From a virus (taxonomy: Duplodnaviria > Caudoviricetes), in IMG/VR virus record IMGVR_UViG_3300025428_000005, positions 1 through 60,468 of that record: a stretch of 60,468 bases of DNA; one strand, given 5' to 3'. Below, one piece after another: positions 47,225 to 55,783 of this stretch. A program made the translations under genes and the position numbers. The notes beneath the pieces are model-generated. The model searched no databases. It saw only the letters and a program-made list of their open reading frames with translations, and was not told the DNA's origin. How positions within the stretch are numbered: position 1 is the stretch's first letter; each line of letters opens with the position of its first letter.

Positions 47225-47920
47225 ATGGAACCAAAATTTAAAATCGGAGATAAAGTAAGAGTTAATTACAGCGGAAAAGACTCAATTTTTACTATTGATG
47301 AAATTGTTTATTTCGACAACTGCATGAGATATGGAGTTGAAGAAGCATTTCCATTATTTAATGAAGATGACCTTAAATTAGTCCAAGAAGAAGAACCACG
47401 CAAAATTATTGGCTACAAAGTACCATTTGATATGTTTGGTGGAGACTGGAAGAAGGGGGATGTAGTAACAAGTATGGATAATATACTATATCATATACCT
47501 GGTATTACATTGTGTTCAATCCCTAAAGAAGTTGTAGAAACTTGGGAACCAGTCTATGAAGAAGTGGAAAAACCTAAAATAATCTTTGAGAGAGTTACCG
47601 ATCTTCGATCAGCATGCAAGGAATTAGGTATAGAGCACAGCGAGAAATTCTTCAACAAAGAAGATTATGGTTCAGTAGGAGCAATGGCACGTCTTGTGAT
47701 TATAGTTAAAGCATTGAATGAAGGATGGGTAGCTGATTGGGATGATGATGAACAAAATAAATGGAGTTTAGCATATAACACTAGAACTAAAAAACTATTT
47801 GCTGACCGTAATATAAGTTTACTTAAAATGCCAAAATCACTATACCTTAAATCAGAAGAATTGGCATATCACCTAATCAAGATTGCTGAAAAAGAATTGT
47901 TAGAGTACTTCAATAATTAA
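47225..47920 (+). CDS. Hypothetical multidomain phage protein
   Basis: PKFKIGDKV SH3/KOW-like start; C-terminal KALNEGW.ADW domain. Confidence 0.75.
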   Translation: MEPKFKIGDKVRVNYSGKDSIFTIDEIVYFDNCMRYGVEEAFPLFNEDDLKLVQEEEPRKIIGYKVPFDMFGGDWKKGDVVTSMDNILYHIPGITLCSIPKEVVETWEPVYEEVEKPKIIFERVTDLRSACKELGIEHSEKFFNKEDYGSVGAMARLVIIVKALNEGWVADWDDDEQNKWSLAYNTRTKKLFADRNISLLKMPKSLYLKSEELAYHLIKIAEKELLEYFNN

Positions 47921-48050
47921 TCTAATATTACCACAGTTGAGATGTACAACTCACGAAAGAATAAGCTTATAGTGCCTATTCAAAATATCTGAATAACAAT
48001 GAGAGATAATTCGGTCAGATACTGTGGTATATTACAAAACAACTAAACCT

Positions 48051-48212
48051 ATGAGAAAAGTAAAACATTTAATTAACTACGTATTTAACAAGCACTTAGG
48101 CTTCTGTAGAGAATGTCATTCAGATATATACTACAGAGATAAAGTATTTGTATTTCCTATATGGGAATGTTCCAAATGCCATCATCCACATAATAAATTC
48201 GATCTACAATGA
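48051..48212 (+). CDS. Small Zn-ribbon protein (start corrected to ATG 48051)
   Basis: CREC...CSKC; AACTAAACCT leader. Confidence 0.5.
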   Translation: MRKVKHLINYVFNKHLGFCRECHSDIYYRDKVFVFPIWECSKCHHPHNKFDLQ

Positions 48213-48403
48213 AAGTCTTTAAATACATACTTTACAAAGTATTAGATATATTTCATTATAAACAACTAAAAGTTTTAAGAAGTGACACTACTAATAAATA
48301 ATCCAAGACAACCAGATAGATTCGATAGAATACTTCTTATGGTACTATTAACTCTTCTTTTATTTGTCTTTAGTACAATTATTTACATTTCAACTCTTTA
48401 ATT

Positions 48404-48634
48404 ATGAACATGTTAGAAGCAGAACAAGAAGTAGCTGATCTAGAAGATAAAGGTAAAAAATCACATGATACTATAGTATTAAATGATTCACGCACTGCTG
48501 CTATAACTTATGGTAGTAATGTTGAAGGTAATTTTTTATACATTTATAGCTATGTAAATAGAGATAACCATTTAGTTACTTGTAGTAGATTAGAATTAAT
48601 CAAACATTTAGCCTATAAACTAATAGGTAAATAG
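48404..48634 (+). CDS. Hypothetical protein
   Basis: 76 aa ORF. Confidence 0.55.
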   Translation: MNMLEAEQEVADLEDKGKKSHDTIVLNDSRTAAITYGSNVEGNFLYIYSYVNRDNHLVTCSRLELIKHLAYKLIGK

Positions 48635-48640
48635 AATTAA

Positions 48641-48714
48641 GGGCCTTTAACTCAGTTGGTTAGAGTAAAACACTCATAATGTTTAAGTCATAGGTTCGAG
48701 CCCTATAAGGCCCA
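48641..48714 (+). tRNA. tRNA with CAU anticodon, probably tRNA-Ile2 (lysidine) rather than Met
   Basis: Acceptor GGGCCTT/AAGGCCC, D arm ACTC/GAGT, anticodon arm AAACA-CTCATAA-TGTTT, T arm ATAGG-TTCGAGC-CCTAT, discriminator A; CCA not encoded. Confidence 0.9.
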
Positions 48715-48929
48715 CATAATAAACTAAATTATAAACTAAACCTAAACTAAATTATCTATGTACAACAATGTAATTATTATTGACAATACAACTGGATTAG
48801 TTGTAGTAACTAAACAATCTAAACTAAACTAACTATGGAAAACTTCTATTTAGAGGACTTAAATGTAGAGTATTTTACTCTTACATTGAATGATTTTAAT
48901 GTAATGTTAAACAATTAAACTAAACAATT

Positions 48930-49154
48930 ATGACAAGTACTACAACATTAAAACCTGTAACTGGATTTGCAGGTGTAATATCTAATGATATTAAAGACTT
49001 CAAAGATAAACAAGATATGATCTTTCAACAAAAGATGTTAAAAGCTTATATACAAGGTGCTGAAGCATTCCGTTGGGGTTATAGAACTACAGCTGAAGGA
49101 TTAAGAGTTCCTGCGTGGTTTGAAGTTAAAAGACGTGTAATAAATAAAAACTAA
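48930..49154 (+). CDS. Hypothetical protein
   Basis: 74 aa; KMLKAYIQG..FRWG. Confidence 0.65.
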   Translation: MTSTTTLKPVTGFAGVISNDIKDFKDKQDMIFQQKMLKAYIQGAEAFRWGYRTTAEGLRVPAWFEVKRRVINKN

Positions 49155-49158
49155 AGTT

Positions 49159-49521
49159 ATGGGATTAGATCAGTATGCTTATAGAAGAAGGCAAGATGCA
49201 GTAAATAATGATGAAGACATACAGTTAATGTATTGGAGAAAACACCCTAATTTACAAGGCTTTATGGAGAATCTTTGGAGAATTAAGAATCCAGAATTAG
49301 CTACAGAAGGTGTAGACTTTAATTGTGTATATGTAGATCTAAACTTAAGTGATATTTTAGAACTAGAAAACTCAATTAAAGAAGATAAATTACCTCATAC
49401 AGAAGGATTTTTCTTTGGTGCATCTAGTGAACATCACAAACAATCAACTTTAGAGTTTATAGATTATGCTAAAGAAGCATTATCTGAAGGCGATAAAGTA
49501 TTATACTACTCTTGGTGGTAA
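49159..49521 (+). CDS. Conserved phage hypothetical protein
   Basis: MGLDQY...YWRKHPNLQGFM...LPHTEGFFFG...YYSWW family pattern. Confidence 0.8.
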   Translation: MGLDQYAYRRRQDAVNNDEDIQLMYWRKHPNLQGFMENLWRIKNPELATEGVDFNCVYVDLNLSDILELENSIKEDKLPHTEGFFFGASSEHHKQSTLEFIDYAKEALSEGDKVLYYSWW

Positions 49522-49642
49522 ATTAACAATATTAAGGTATAAGTAGACAAAAAACCGTTCTTTATTAGATTAGCAGCCCCTAATTTACGTCTACTTGTAC
49601 CTTATACTTAACTAAATCAATAAACAGTTAAACTAACTAACT

Positions 49643-49837
49643 ATGTTTCCAAAATTCAATGACAGTTCTATGAATTCAGATATTCTAGGACTAGACTTAC
49701 CTAAATCTGTGACTAAAACACAAGGTATAAAGCACAAAACATCTATTGCAATATCTAATGTATATAATAAAGTAGATATATCAGTGCAAATCAATCCTTA
49801 CAGTAAGGATAGAACAGTAAGTATTAAGTATTATTAA
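49643..49837 (+). CDS. Hypothetical protein
   Basis: 64 aa with an AACTAACTAACT leader. Confidence 0.5.
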   Translation: MFPKFNDSSMNSDILGLDLPKSVTKTQGIKHKTSIAISNVYNKVDISVQINPYSKDRTVSIKYY

Positions 49838-49906
49838 CCTAATTAGTTCCTGATAAAAGTAGAGATATAGTACCAGGACTCTACACTAATTACAAAATAT
49901 TAAGAC

Positions 49907-50131
49907 ATGCATTTAACAGGTAAAGTATACGAATTACAATTAGTTAAGGCTAAAAAAGTCAAAGAATTAGAGGATTTAAGCACTCTTATATGGAATAGTA
50001 ATAAAACATATTCCGGTATGGAGAAAAGCTCTTTAATGCAAACTAGACACCTTCTAGTGGCAGAATTAGATAGTTTGACAGATAGAATTCAATCGTTAAT
50101 AGAAGAAATAGAACAATATGATGGCTGTTGA
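49907..50131 (+). CDS. Hypothetical coiled-coil protein
   Basis: 74 aa ORF. Confidence 0.55.
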   Translation: MHLTGKVYELQLVKAKKVKELEDLSTLIWNSNKTYSGMEKSSLMQTRHLLVAELDSLTDRIQSLIEEIEQYDGC

Positions 50132-50315
50132 TATATTTAATGCATATTGTGTAGAATGTTGTACAAAGATACTTATTAATACAGAGCAGAGTAGCTTACA
50201 TAAGATATATGTATGCCCTAATTGCGGGTATTACCACACATTCGATGATCTAATGATAGATCCTTGCGATTTACAATTTTATGATATGATAACTAGAACT
50301 AAAACAAATGACTAG
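50118..50315 (+). CDS. Small Zn-ribbon protein
   Basis: CVEC...CPNCG. Confidence 0.55.
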   Translation: MMAVDIFNAYCVECCTKILINTEQSSLHKIYVCPNCGYYHTFDDLMIDPCDLQFYDMITRTKTND

Positions 50316-50514
50316 AGAAGAAGTATTAGATAAAATAGACACAGTCGAGGAATTCTTGGTTAGGTCTTTAGAGCAACTTGATAGTGAAACTACTATACTA
50401 GAGTATGGTGAGATGGCTCTATTACAGTATCAGGTTGAACAGAGTAGAAAAGAGCTTAAAAGGTTAAATTCACTAATAAAAGTAATTAAAGATGATGAGT
50501 TTATTCAGGAATAG
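50308..50514 (+). CDS. Hypothetical protein
   Basis: 68 aa, overlapping neighbours. Confidence 0.55.
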   Translation: MTREEVLDKIDTVEEFLVRSLEQLDSETTILEYGEMALLQYQVEQSRKELKRLNSLIKVIKDDEFIQE

Positions 50515-50866
50515 CACAGATGAAGCTACAATAGAGGCTCTAAAGCATAAAGTAAATGCACTTGAAAGAAGCTTACAACATGTATATACTACGTATAGTA
50601 GGCTTAAAATTAAACAAGATGAAGCATTTAGTAGAATAGCTTACCTATCTACAGAAAAGCCTAAATTTGAAGTAGGAGATACATTTACGTATAAAGGTGA
50701 TGTATATTCTATTATAAGTAAGTGTTTAGCCTTAAATACTATGAATAATATAGAGTGGGATTATACTCTACTGTATAAAGATATAGCAGGAGCTATCATA
50801 TGTCACAAATTTCAAAGTGAATTAGAAGATAACTGGGTATTAACAAAACAAACTAAAACTAAATAA
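50492..50866 (+). CDS. Hypothetical protein (coiled coil plus PKFEVGD domain)
   Basis: 124 aa; architecture parallels the next gene. Confidence 0.6.
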   Translation: MMSLFRNSTDEATIEALKHKVNALERSLQHVYTTYSRLKIKQDEAFSRIAYLSTEKPKFEVGDTFTYKGDVYSIISKCLALNTMNNIEWDYTLLYKDIAGAIICHKFQSELEDNWVLTKQTKTK

Positions 50867-50867
50867 T

Positions 50868-51383
50868 ATGTTCAACAACAAATTAAGAACACAAACTTAC
50901 GAACTATTTAAAGATGTAAATGATTTATTATCTATTTCACATAGGAAGATTACTTCTGTAAGTAAAGAATTAGACGCTTTAACTATTGCGCACAAAGAAA
51001 CAAAGTATGATGTTAATGCTTTATCTGCTAAGTTAAAAGATATAGATTTTTCTAGCTTTGCACATGAGGCAAAATTAAATAAATTAATCACACTTATGGA
51101 TAGTAGATTAACATCTGCAGAAGAAGAAATAGAACGTTTAAATTGGACTATACTTAATCCCCCAAAGTATCGTAAAGGTCAGATAATCAACTATCTTGAA
51201 GTACCTTCATCTATAGTAAATGTTTACATAGGTAAAAATTCAGATAAAGATAATTGTTATGAATGGCTTGCGGATGTATTACGCCAAGATGGCTTTACTG
51301 GTACACGTGTACCTGAGGATGTGTTAGATTACTACACTAAATCAGAACCAAATAAAACAGGTAAAACATCACGTAAGAAGTAA
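50868..51383 (+). CDS. Hypothetical protein (coiled coil plus PPKYRKGQ domain)
   Basis: 171 aa ORF. Confidence 0.6.
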   Translation: MFNNKLRTQTYELFKDVNDLLSISHRKITSVSKELDALTIAHKETKYDVNALSAKLKDIDFSSFAHEAKLNKLITLMDSRLTSAEEEIERLNWTILNPPKYRKGQIINYLEVPSSIVNVYIGKNSDKDNCYEWLADVLRQDGFTGTRVPEDVLDYYTKSEPNKTGKTSRKK

Positions 51384-51392
51384 TTAAGTAAA

Positions 51393-51465
51393 GTAGTTAG
51401 TCGTATAATGGTAATACAGTATGTATACAAGCATGACAATGTAGGTTCGACTCCTACTTAACTAC
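51393..51465 (+). tRNA. tRNA-like element with an aberrant anticodon arm (pseudo-tRNA)
   Basis: (G)TAGTTAG/TTAACTA(C) acceptor, GTAT-AATGGTA-ATAC D arm, GTAGG-TTCGACT-CCTAC T arm; the anticodon arm does not give a 5-bp stem with a 7-nt loop. Confidence 0.65.
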
Positions 51466-51510
51466 CTCTATTTTCATAGGTAGACTGTAGAGATACAGAA
51501 GTTTAGTTTA

Positions 51511-51543
51511 GGCCCTAGGGAGTAGTTACCCTAGGGTTTTTAT
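51511..51543 (+). terminator. Rho-independent terminator
   Basis: GGCCCTAGGG-N8-CCCTAGGGTT followed by TTTAT. Confidence 0.75.
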
Positions 51544-51563
51544 ATTAATAAATAACATATCTT

Positions 51564-51767
51564 ATGGAAAACCCAATAACACCATTACCTATTACTAAAG
51601 ATTTAGTTATAGGATTAGTTTATAGCGCAGCACATAAAAAATACATAAGTTCTACAACAGTACTTAATATAATAGAACTATGCCACGAATTTCCAGCAGA
51701 TGATAACGAGATATTAGTAGCAATTCATAAAGGTTTAATTAAAATAAAGATGTCACATGATAACTAG
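51564..51767 (+). CDS. Hypothetical protein
   Basis: 67 aa ORF. Confidence 0.55.
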   Translation: MENPITPLPITKDLVIGLVYSAAHKKYISSTTVLNIIELCHEFPADDNEILVAIHKGLIKIKMSHDN

Positions 51768-51930
51768 AGAAGAATTAATTAAAGTAATAGAAGAAAATAA
51801 ATTAAAGCCTATTTTTAAACTTGATGGAAAGACAACCTTTTTGTATATATACTTTATTAATGGAGATTTATATGAATTAATTGGTGCATCTGATGAGTTG
51901 AGAGCATATTGTTGTATACCATTAGACTAA
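51757..51930 (+). CDS. Hypothetical 57-aa protein
   Basis: MITREELIKVIEENKLKP...; overlaps the upstream stop; below the track cutoff. Confidence 0.5.
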   Translation: MITREELIKVIEENKLKPIFKLDGKTTFLYIYFINGDLYELIGASDELRAYCCIPLD

Positions 51931-51940
51931 ATTATAAACT

Positions 51941-52726
51941 ATGAAAATCAAAGACATTAAAGACCCAAAAATACAGCAGATGGCTATAGTGGAAGCAATC
52001 AAGCAACATCCAGACTCTACATTGGAGAACATAATGGATGGAGCTCTAATTAATGAAATAAACTCTTTTGACTGAAATAAGACAAGTCAAGGAATAAAAT
52101 TCTGGACTAAGTTATACAATAAAAAAATTCCAGTATACTACACAGATAAGGGATTATGGTATATAAACACAAGTGATAACCAAATAATTCAATGTAAAAC
52201 CCACTATGATACAGTATCTCTTGGTGAGCTATGTGTAAGACTTGCGACTCCAGAAGAAGTGTATAACCATTTGAAACAAAAAGATAAACCTATGGAAGAA
52301 CCAATAATATATCATGCTAATCTAAGACCAACACCACAACAAGTGGACCAAATAAGATTAAAGGATGAAAATCAGAGATTGAAAGAAGAGATTGAAGATT
52401 GGAAAAAACAAATCAAAGAACTTGAAGAAGAAATAAAATCTTTAAAAGAAAACAACAATACCACATCATGTATCAATCTAGAACAAGAATATATGTTAAA
52501 AAATAAAATCAAAGAACTTGAAGAAGAAAACGATAAGTTAAACAAACTGGTGGATGCTATTTATAATGAAACTTATAGTATTAAACCATTTAATCATGTA
52601 ATTAGCGACATTAATAATATGATTAGCAACTACCGCAACCCATCCATAGTAGGCACCACCCAAACGGTTGAGATTGATGGCAATAATTATGAAGTACAAG
52701 TAATAAAAAAAGCTAAAAAGTTATGA
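51941..52726 (+). pseudogene. Gene interrupted by one in-frame TGA (52073-52075); the downstream part is the track ORF 52259-52726
   Basis: ATG at 51941 with an AAACT leader; reads ...NSFD*NKTSQGIKFWTKL... and stays open in frame through 52726. Confidence 0.65.
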
Positions 52727-53232
52727 AAGAACTACTAATTAGACTAAACGCTTGTCAAGAAGCTAAAGAATGGGCTGGTGATAAATCATGGGAAGAGATT
52801 TACAACACTTGCCATAGAGGTGACTGGTTGTTGTGGATGCACTTCAGAACCAATAAAGAAGATTTAAAAATCAGAACACTTGCTAAAGGGCATTGTACCA
52901 ACACGGTTAGACACCTCATGAAGGATGAAAGAAGCTTAAAGGCTATTGATACGGCTATAGCATTTGGGGAAGGTAGGGCGACACGCGCAGAATTAGATGC
53001 TTCTTATTCTTCTTCTTTTTCTGCTGCTTATGCTGCTACTAATGCCGCTGCTTATGCTGCTGCTGCTGCTGGTGCTTATGCTGCTACTGCTTATGCTGCT
53101 GCTAATGCAAAAACTAAGAACCAAAAAGAGACAGCTGACATAGTCCGGAAATACATTCCTATTGAACTATGGAATGTTCAAAAAATGATTGATGAAGTTA
53201 AATTAGAAAAGGAGGTAAACAATGGAAATTAA
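52723..53232 (+). CDS. Imm5-like/Ala-repeat phage protein
   Basis: RGDWLLW...DERSLKAIDTAIAFGEGRATRAEL followed by a low-complexity AAYAA tract. Confidence 0.65.
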   Translation: MKELLIRLNACQEAKEWAGDKSWEEIYNTCHRGDWLLWMHFRTNKEDLKIRTLAKGHCTNTVRHLMKDERSLKAIDTAIAFGEGRATRAELDASYSSSFSAAYAATNAAAYAAAAAGAYAATAYAAANAKTKNQKETADIVRKYIPIELWNVQKMIDEVKLEKEVNNGN

Positions 53233-53605
53233 CCCAACATACGTAAACTTTAAACAAGCAAAACTGCTTAAGGAGAAAGGATTTGATGTAAGATTAAAAA
53301 AGGTTTACAATATCCTAGGTGAATTATGGGATAGTCACTATCAATATATGGAAAACTCTAATCCTGACTGCGGAGCGGTTTGTGTTGCACCAGAGCAATG
53401 GGTTGTAGTTGAATGGTTGAGAGTAAATCACAATATTTTTATTGAAACAACAATAGCAATCCTTCATGAATATGAATCTGCTATTTATGATATTGAAAAA
53501 ATAAAAAATTACAAACTTTTGAGTGTTTCAAAAATTAATCATTTTAAAACACCTCAAGAAGCCATAGCATCAGCAATAGATTATGTATTGACTAATTTAA
53601 TTTGA
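53222..53605 (+). CDS. Conserved Bacteroidota-phage hypothetical protein
   Basis: YVNFKQAKLLKEKGFD...APEQ...EWLR..HNI. Confidence 0.7.
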   Translation: MEINPTYVNFKQAKLLKEKGFDVRLKKVYNILGELWDSHYQYMENSNPDCGAVCVAPEQWVVVEWLRVNHNIFIETTIAILHEYESAIYDIEKIKNYKLLSVSKINHFKTPQEAIASAIDYVLTNLI

Positions 53606-53611
53606 GAAAAA

Positions 53612-53881
53612 ATGAATAGAAATTGTGATGAATGCAAGTTTGAGCATACTCCAGCAAATAGCCATCCTTGTTGTGGTTGTATGGATTTTGAACATACTCA
53701 ATGGCAACCCAAAGAAACGTATCAAAATTTCATAGTTCCACCCACCTACACTAGGGAGGAAGTGTTGGAGTTGATGCATGAAGCAAGAACTGAAGGATGC
53801 AAAGAATATTGTGGTGAATACAATATTGACAACGAAACAGTGCTTGACAATTTTGACAAACTTAAAAACCAAAAGAAATGA
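53612..53881 (+). CDS. Hypothetical Cys-rich protein
   Basis: CDECKF...PCCGC; YTREEV. Confidence 0.6.
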   Translation: MNRNCDECKFEHTPANSHPCCGCMDFEHTQWQPKETYQNFIVPPTYTREEVLELMHEARTEGCKEYCGEYNIDNETVLDNFDKLKNQKK

Positions 53882-54165
53882 TTGACAAAAAAGAACGAGA
53901 AAATAAGGCATTTGGTAATTGGTTATTAGGTGTTATTATGGGTGCAGGATTCGCAACATTCTTATGGTGTATATGTTACAATCCGCATATATCTAATACT
54001 GAGACAGTAAAATCAGTTGAAGAATGGTCCAACGGTTATTATAAAGTAGAACTTAAAAACAATTTTGTCAAAATTATGACAAAGTATAGAGATTACAAAG
54101 TAGGTGACACTTTAATATTAACAAACAAACCTGTAGTACCTGCCTTTTTGCAGCAGGAGAAATAG
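53878..54165 (+). CDS. Hypothetical membrane-anchored protein
   Basis: N-terminal TM segment; YKVGDTL. Confidence 0.6.
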   Translation: MIDKKERENKAFGNWLLGVIMGAGFATFLWCICYNPHISNTETVKSVEEWSNGYYKVELKNNFVKIMTKYRDYKVGDTLILTNKPVVPAFLQQEK

Positions 54166-54213
54166 GTGCAAATCGTAAATAATAGGCGCAAATAACACAA
54201 TTAAACTAAAACT

Positions 54214-54453
54214 ATGGAAATAAATGAAATTATATTAGAAGAATACTTCAGTTCATGTGCTGACGGTTGTTGCTCTGATTATGGTACAATAGTTACTGTA
54301 AATGGAGTAGAGTTAAAATCACGTGATCTATCTACAGTAGTTATCTTATGTGAAGTATTAAAAGCTTTAGGAGTTAAAGCAGATATTATAGTAAGAGATT
54401 GGGAGACTAAAGAAGTTGCATTTATAGAACAATCATATGAAAGCAGTAATTAG
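54214..54453 (+). CDS. Hypothetical protein
   Basis: CADGCCSDYG motif. Confidence 0.65.
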   Translation: MEINEIILEEYFSSCADGCCSDYGTIVTVNGVELKSRDLSTVVILCEVLKALGVKADIIVRDWETKEVAFIEQSYESSN

Positions 54454-54703
54454 ATTTAACTTAGATGATTTTGATGACCAAGTGGCGCATCAAAGATGCA
54501 TGAAAGCTTTAGATATGACTTTTATGCTGTGGGAACTGGCTAATAATAGCCGTACTTCATTGTATAAAGAAGACTCAGTAGACTTTGATGAAATGCAAGA
54601 GTCTTACAGAGTAGGGTATAATGATGGTGTGGATGCAGTATATAAGAGAGTATTTGAATTACTAGAAGAACATAACATTAGTATTGATAACTTAATAATA
54701 TAA
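54437..54703 (+). CDS. Conserved phage hypothetical protein
   Basis: MKAVIRFNL.DFDD...ALDM pattern. Confidence 0.65.
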   Translation: MKAVIRFNLDDFDDQVAHQRCMKALDMTFMLWELANNSRTSLYKEDSVDFDEMQESYRVGYNDGVDAVYKRVFELLEEHNISIDNLII

Positions 54704-54706
54704 ACT

Positions 54707-54940
54707 ATGATTATAACATTTATTAAAGAAAATGTAGAGTTAGGAGAAGAATCTTATACACTACATATCAGAGAGATATGTACACCAGGTAGAAGAACTC
54801 TATCTAATGGAGATCCAGGATTTCCTGATGAGTACGACCAAGAAGTAATGAGTATTACACATGATGAAGGTAATGTAGAAATAGATCCTTCATCAGAGTT
54901 ATACGATAAAATCTTAACTGCATACTATGACCAGTTCTAA
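54707..54940 (+). CDS. Hypothetical protein
   Basis: SNGDPGFPDE motif. Confidence 0.6.
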   Translation: MIITFIKENVELGEESYTLHIREICTPGRRTLSNGDPGFPDEYDQEVMSITHDEGNVEIDPSSELYDKILTAYYDQF

Positions 54941-55340
54941 GAAAAAGAAACACTTTACTCTAAAGATAGACTTTTATGAGTATTCTTTTCTACTAGAAGC
55001 GTGTATTCCACCAAGACCTATCGCAAGAAGTATGTTTTGGATAGCATCTATAGATGAGCATTACCATCAGATGTCACCTGAAGAAAGATCTATTCTGTTT
55101 AAGTGGCTAATTACTAACCCCTTATTTGAAGATAGATTTGAAAAAGGTAATGAAGATGTAGTAGCTTGGTATAATAGATATAATCCAGATAATCAATTCA
55201 GAGTATCTACTAATTTTAGAGGTATTAGATCAGAATTTGAGGCATTCTTACATAATGGTAAATACCATAGATCTATGTCAGGACATTTAACGCCGGAGTT
55301 TATAACACATATAGAACAAATACACTATGAGAAGAGCTAA
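54927..55340 (+). CDS. Hypothetical protein
   Basis: IDFYEYSFLLEACIPPRPIARSMFW. Confidence 0.65.
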   Translation: MTSSKKKKHFTLKIDFYEYSFLLEACIPPRPIARSMFWIASIDEHYHQMSPEERSILFKWLITNPLFEDRFEKGNEDVVAWYNRYNPDNQFRVSTNFRGIRSEFEAFLHNGKYHRSMSGHLTPEFITHIEQIHYEKS

Positions 55341-55578
55341 AATATCCAAAATAGAAGATTATTTTGAAGGTGGGCATCCTAACATACAAACAGGTTTTGA
55401 ACGTTATGGATTTGAGAAAAACCCACCTAAAGTAGGAGAATCTTATAAGTTATACATAGATAAATTAAGCCCTTATGGCTTATTTACTACACCAGTAACA
55501 GATATAATAGATGAAACTACATTCAAAACGCGTAATAGCTTATACAAATTAGAATATGAAGAAGACATTAACAAGTAA
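55327..55578 (+). CDS. Hypothetical protein
   Basis: PKVGES...TTPVT...FKTRNSLYKL pattern. Confidence 0.65.
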   Translation: MRRAKISKIEDYFEGGHPNIQTGFERYGFEKNPPKVGESYKLYIDKLSPYGLFTTPVTDIIDETTFKTRNSLYKLEYEEDINK

Positions 55579-55783
55579 AGACAAACAAAAGATGCAAACT
55601 TTCTACGATACAAAGTACGATGAATACATTAAATTACCAATAGAAGACCTTAAAACTCGTTCAGAGAAGAAATTAAGCTCCACAGAACGTAAAGCTTTAT
55701 TTGATGCTGCACTATTTGTTAAAATGAAAGCTTACGAGAAGTATAAATTAATGAAAGAATCATTAGAAGACGATGGAAATTAA
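55556..55783 (+). CDS. Hypothetical protein
   Basis: 75 aa, overlaps the polA start. Confidence 0.55.
   Translation: MKKTLTSKDKQKMQTFYDTKYDEYIKLPIEDLKTRSEKKLSSTERKALFDAALFVKMKAYEKYKLMKESLEDDGN

Noticed and set aside
47936-47970. Hammerhead ribozyme (stem followed by CGAAA)
   Set aside because: The CUGANGA core is missing upstream of the stem
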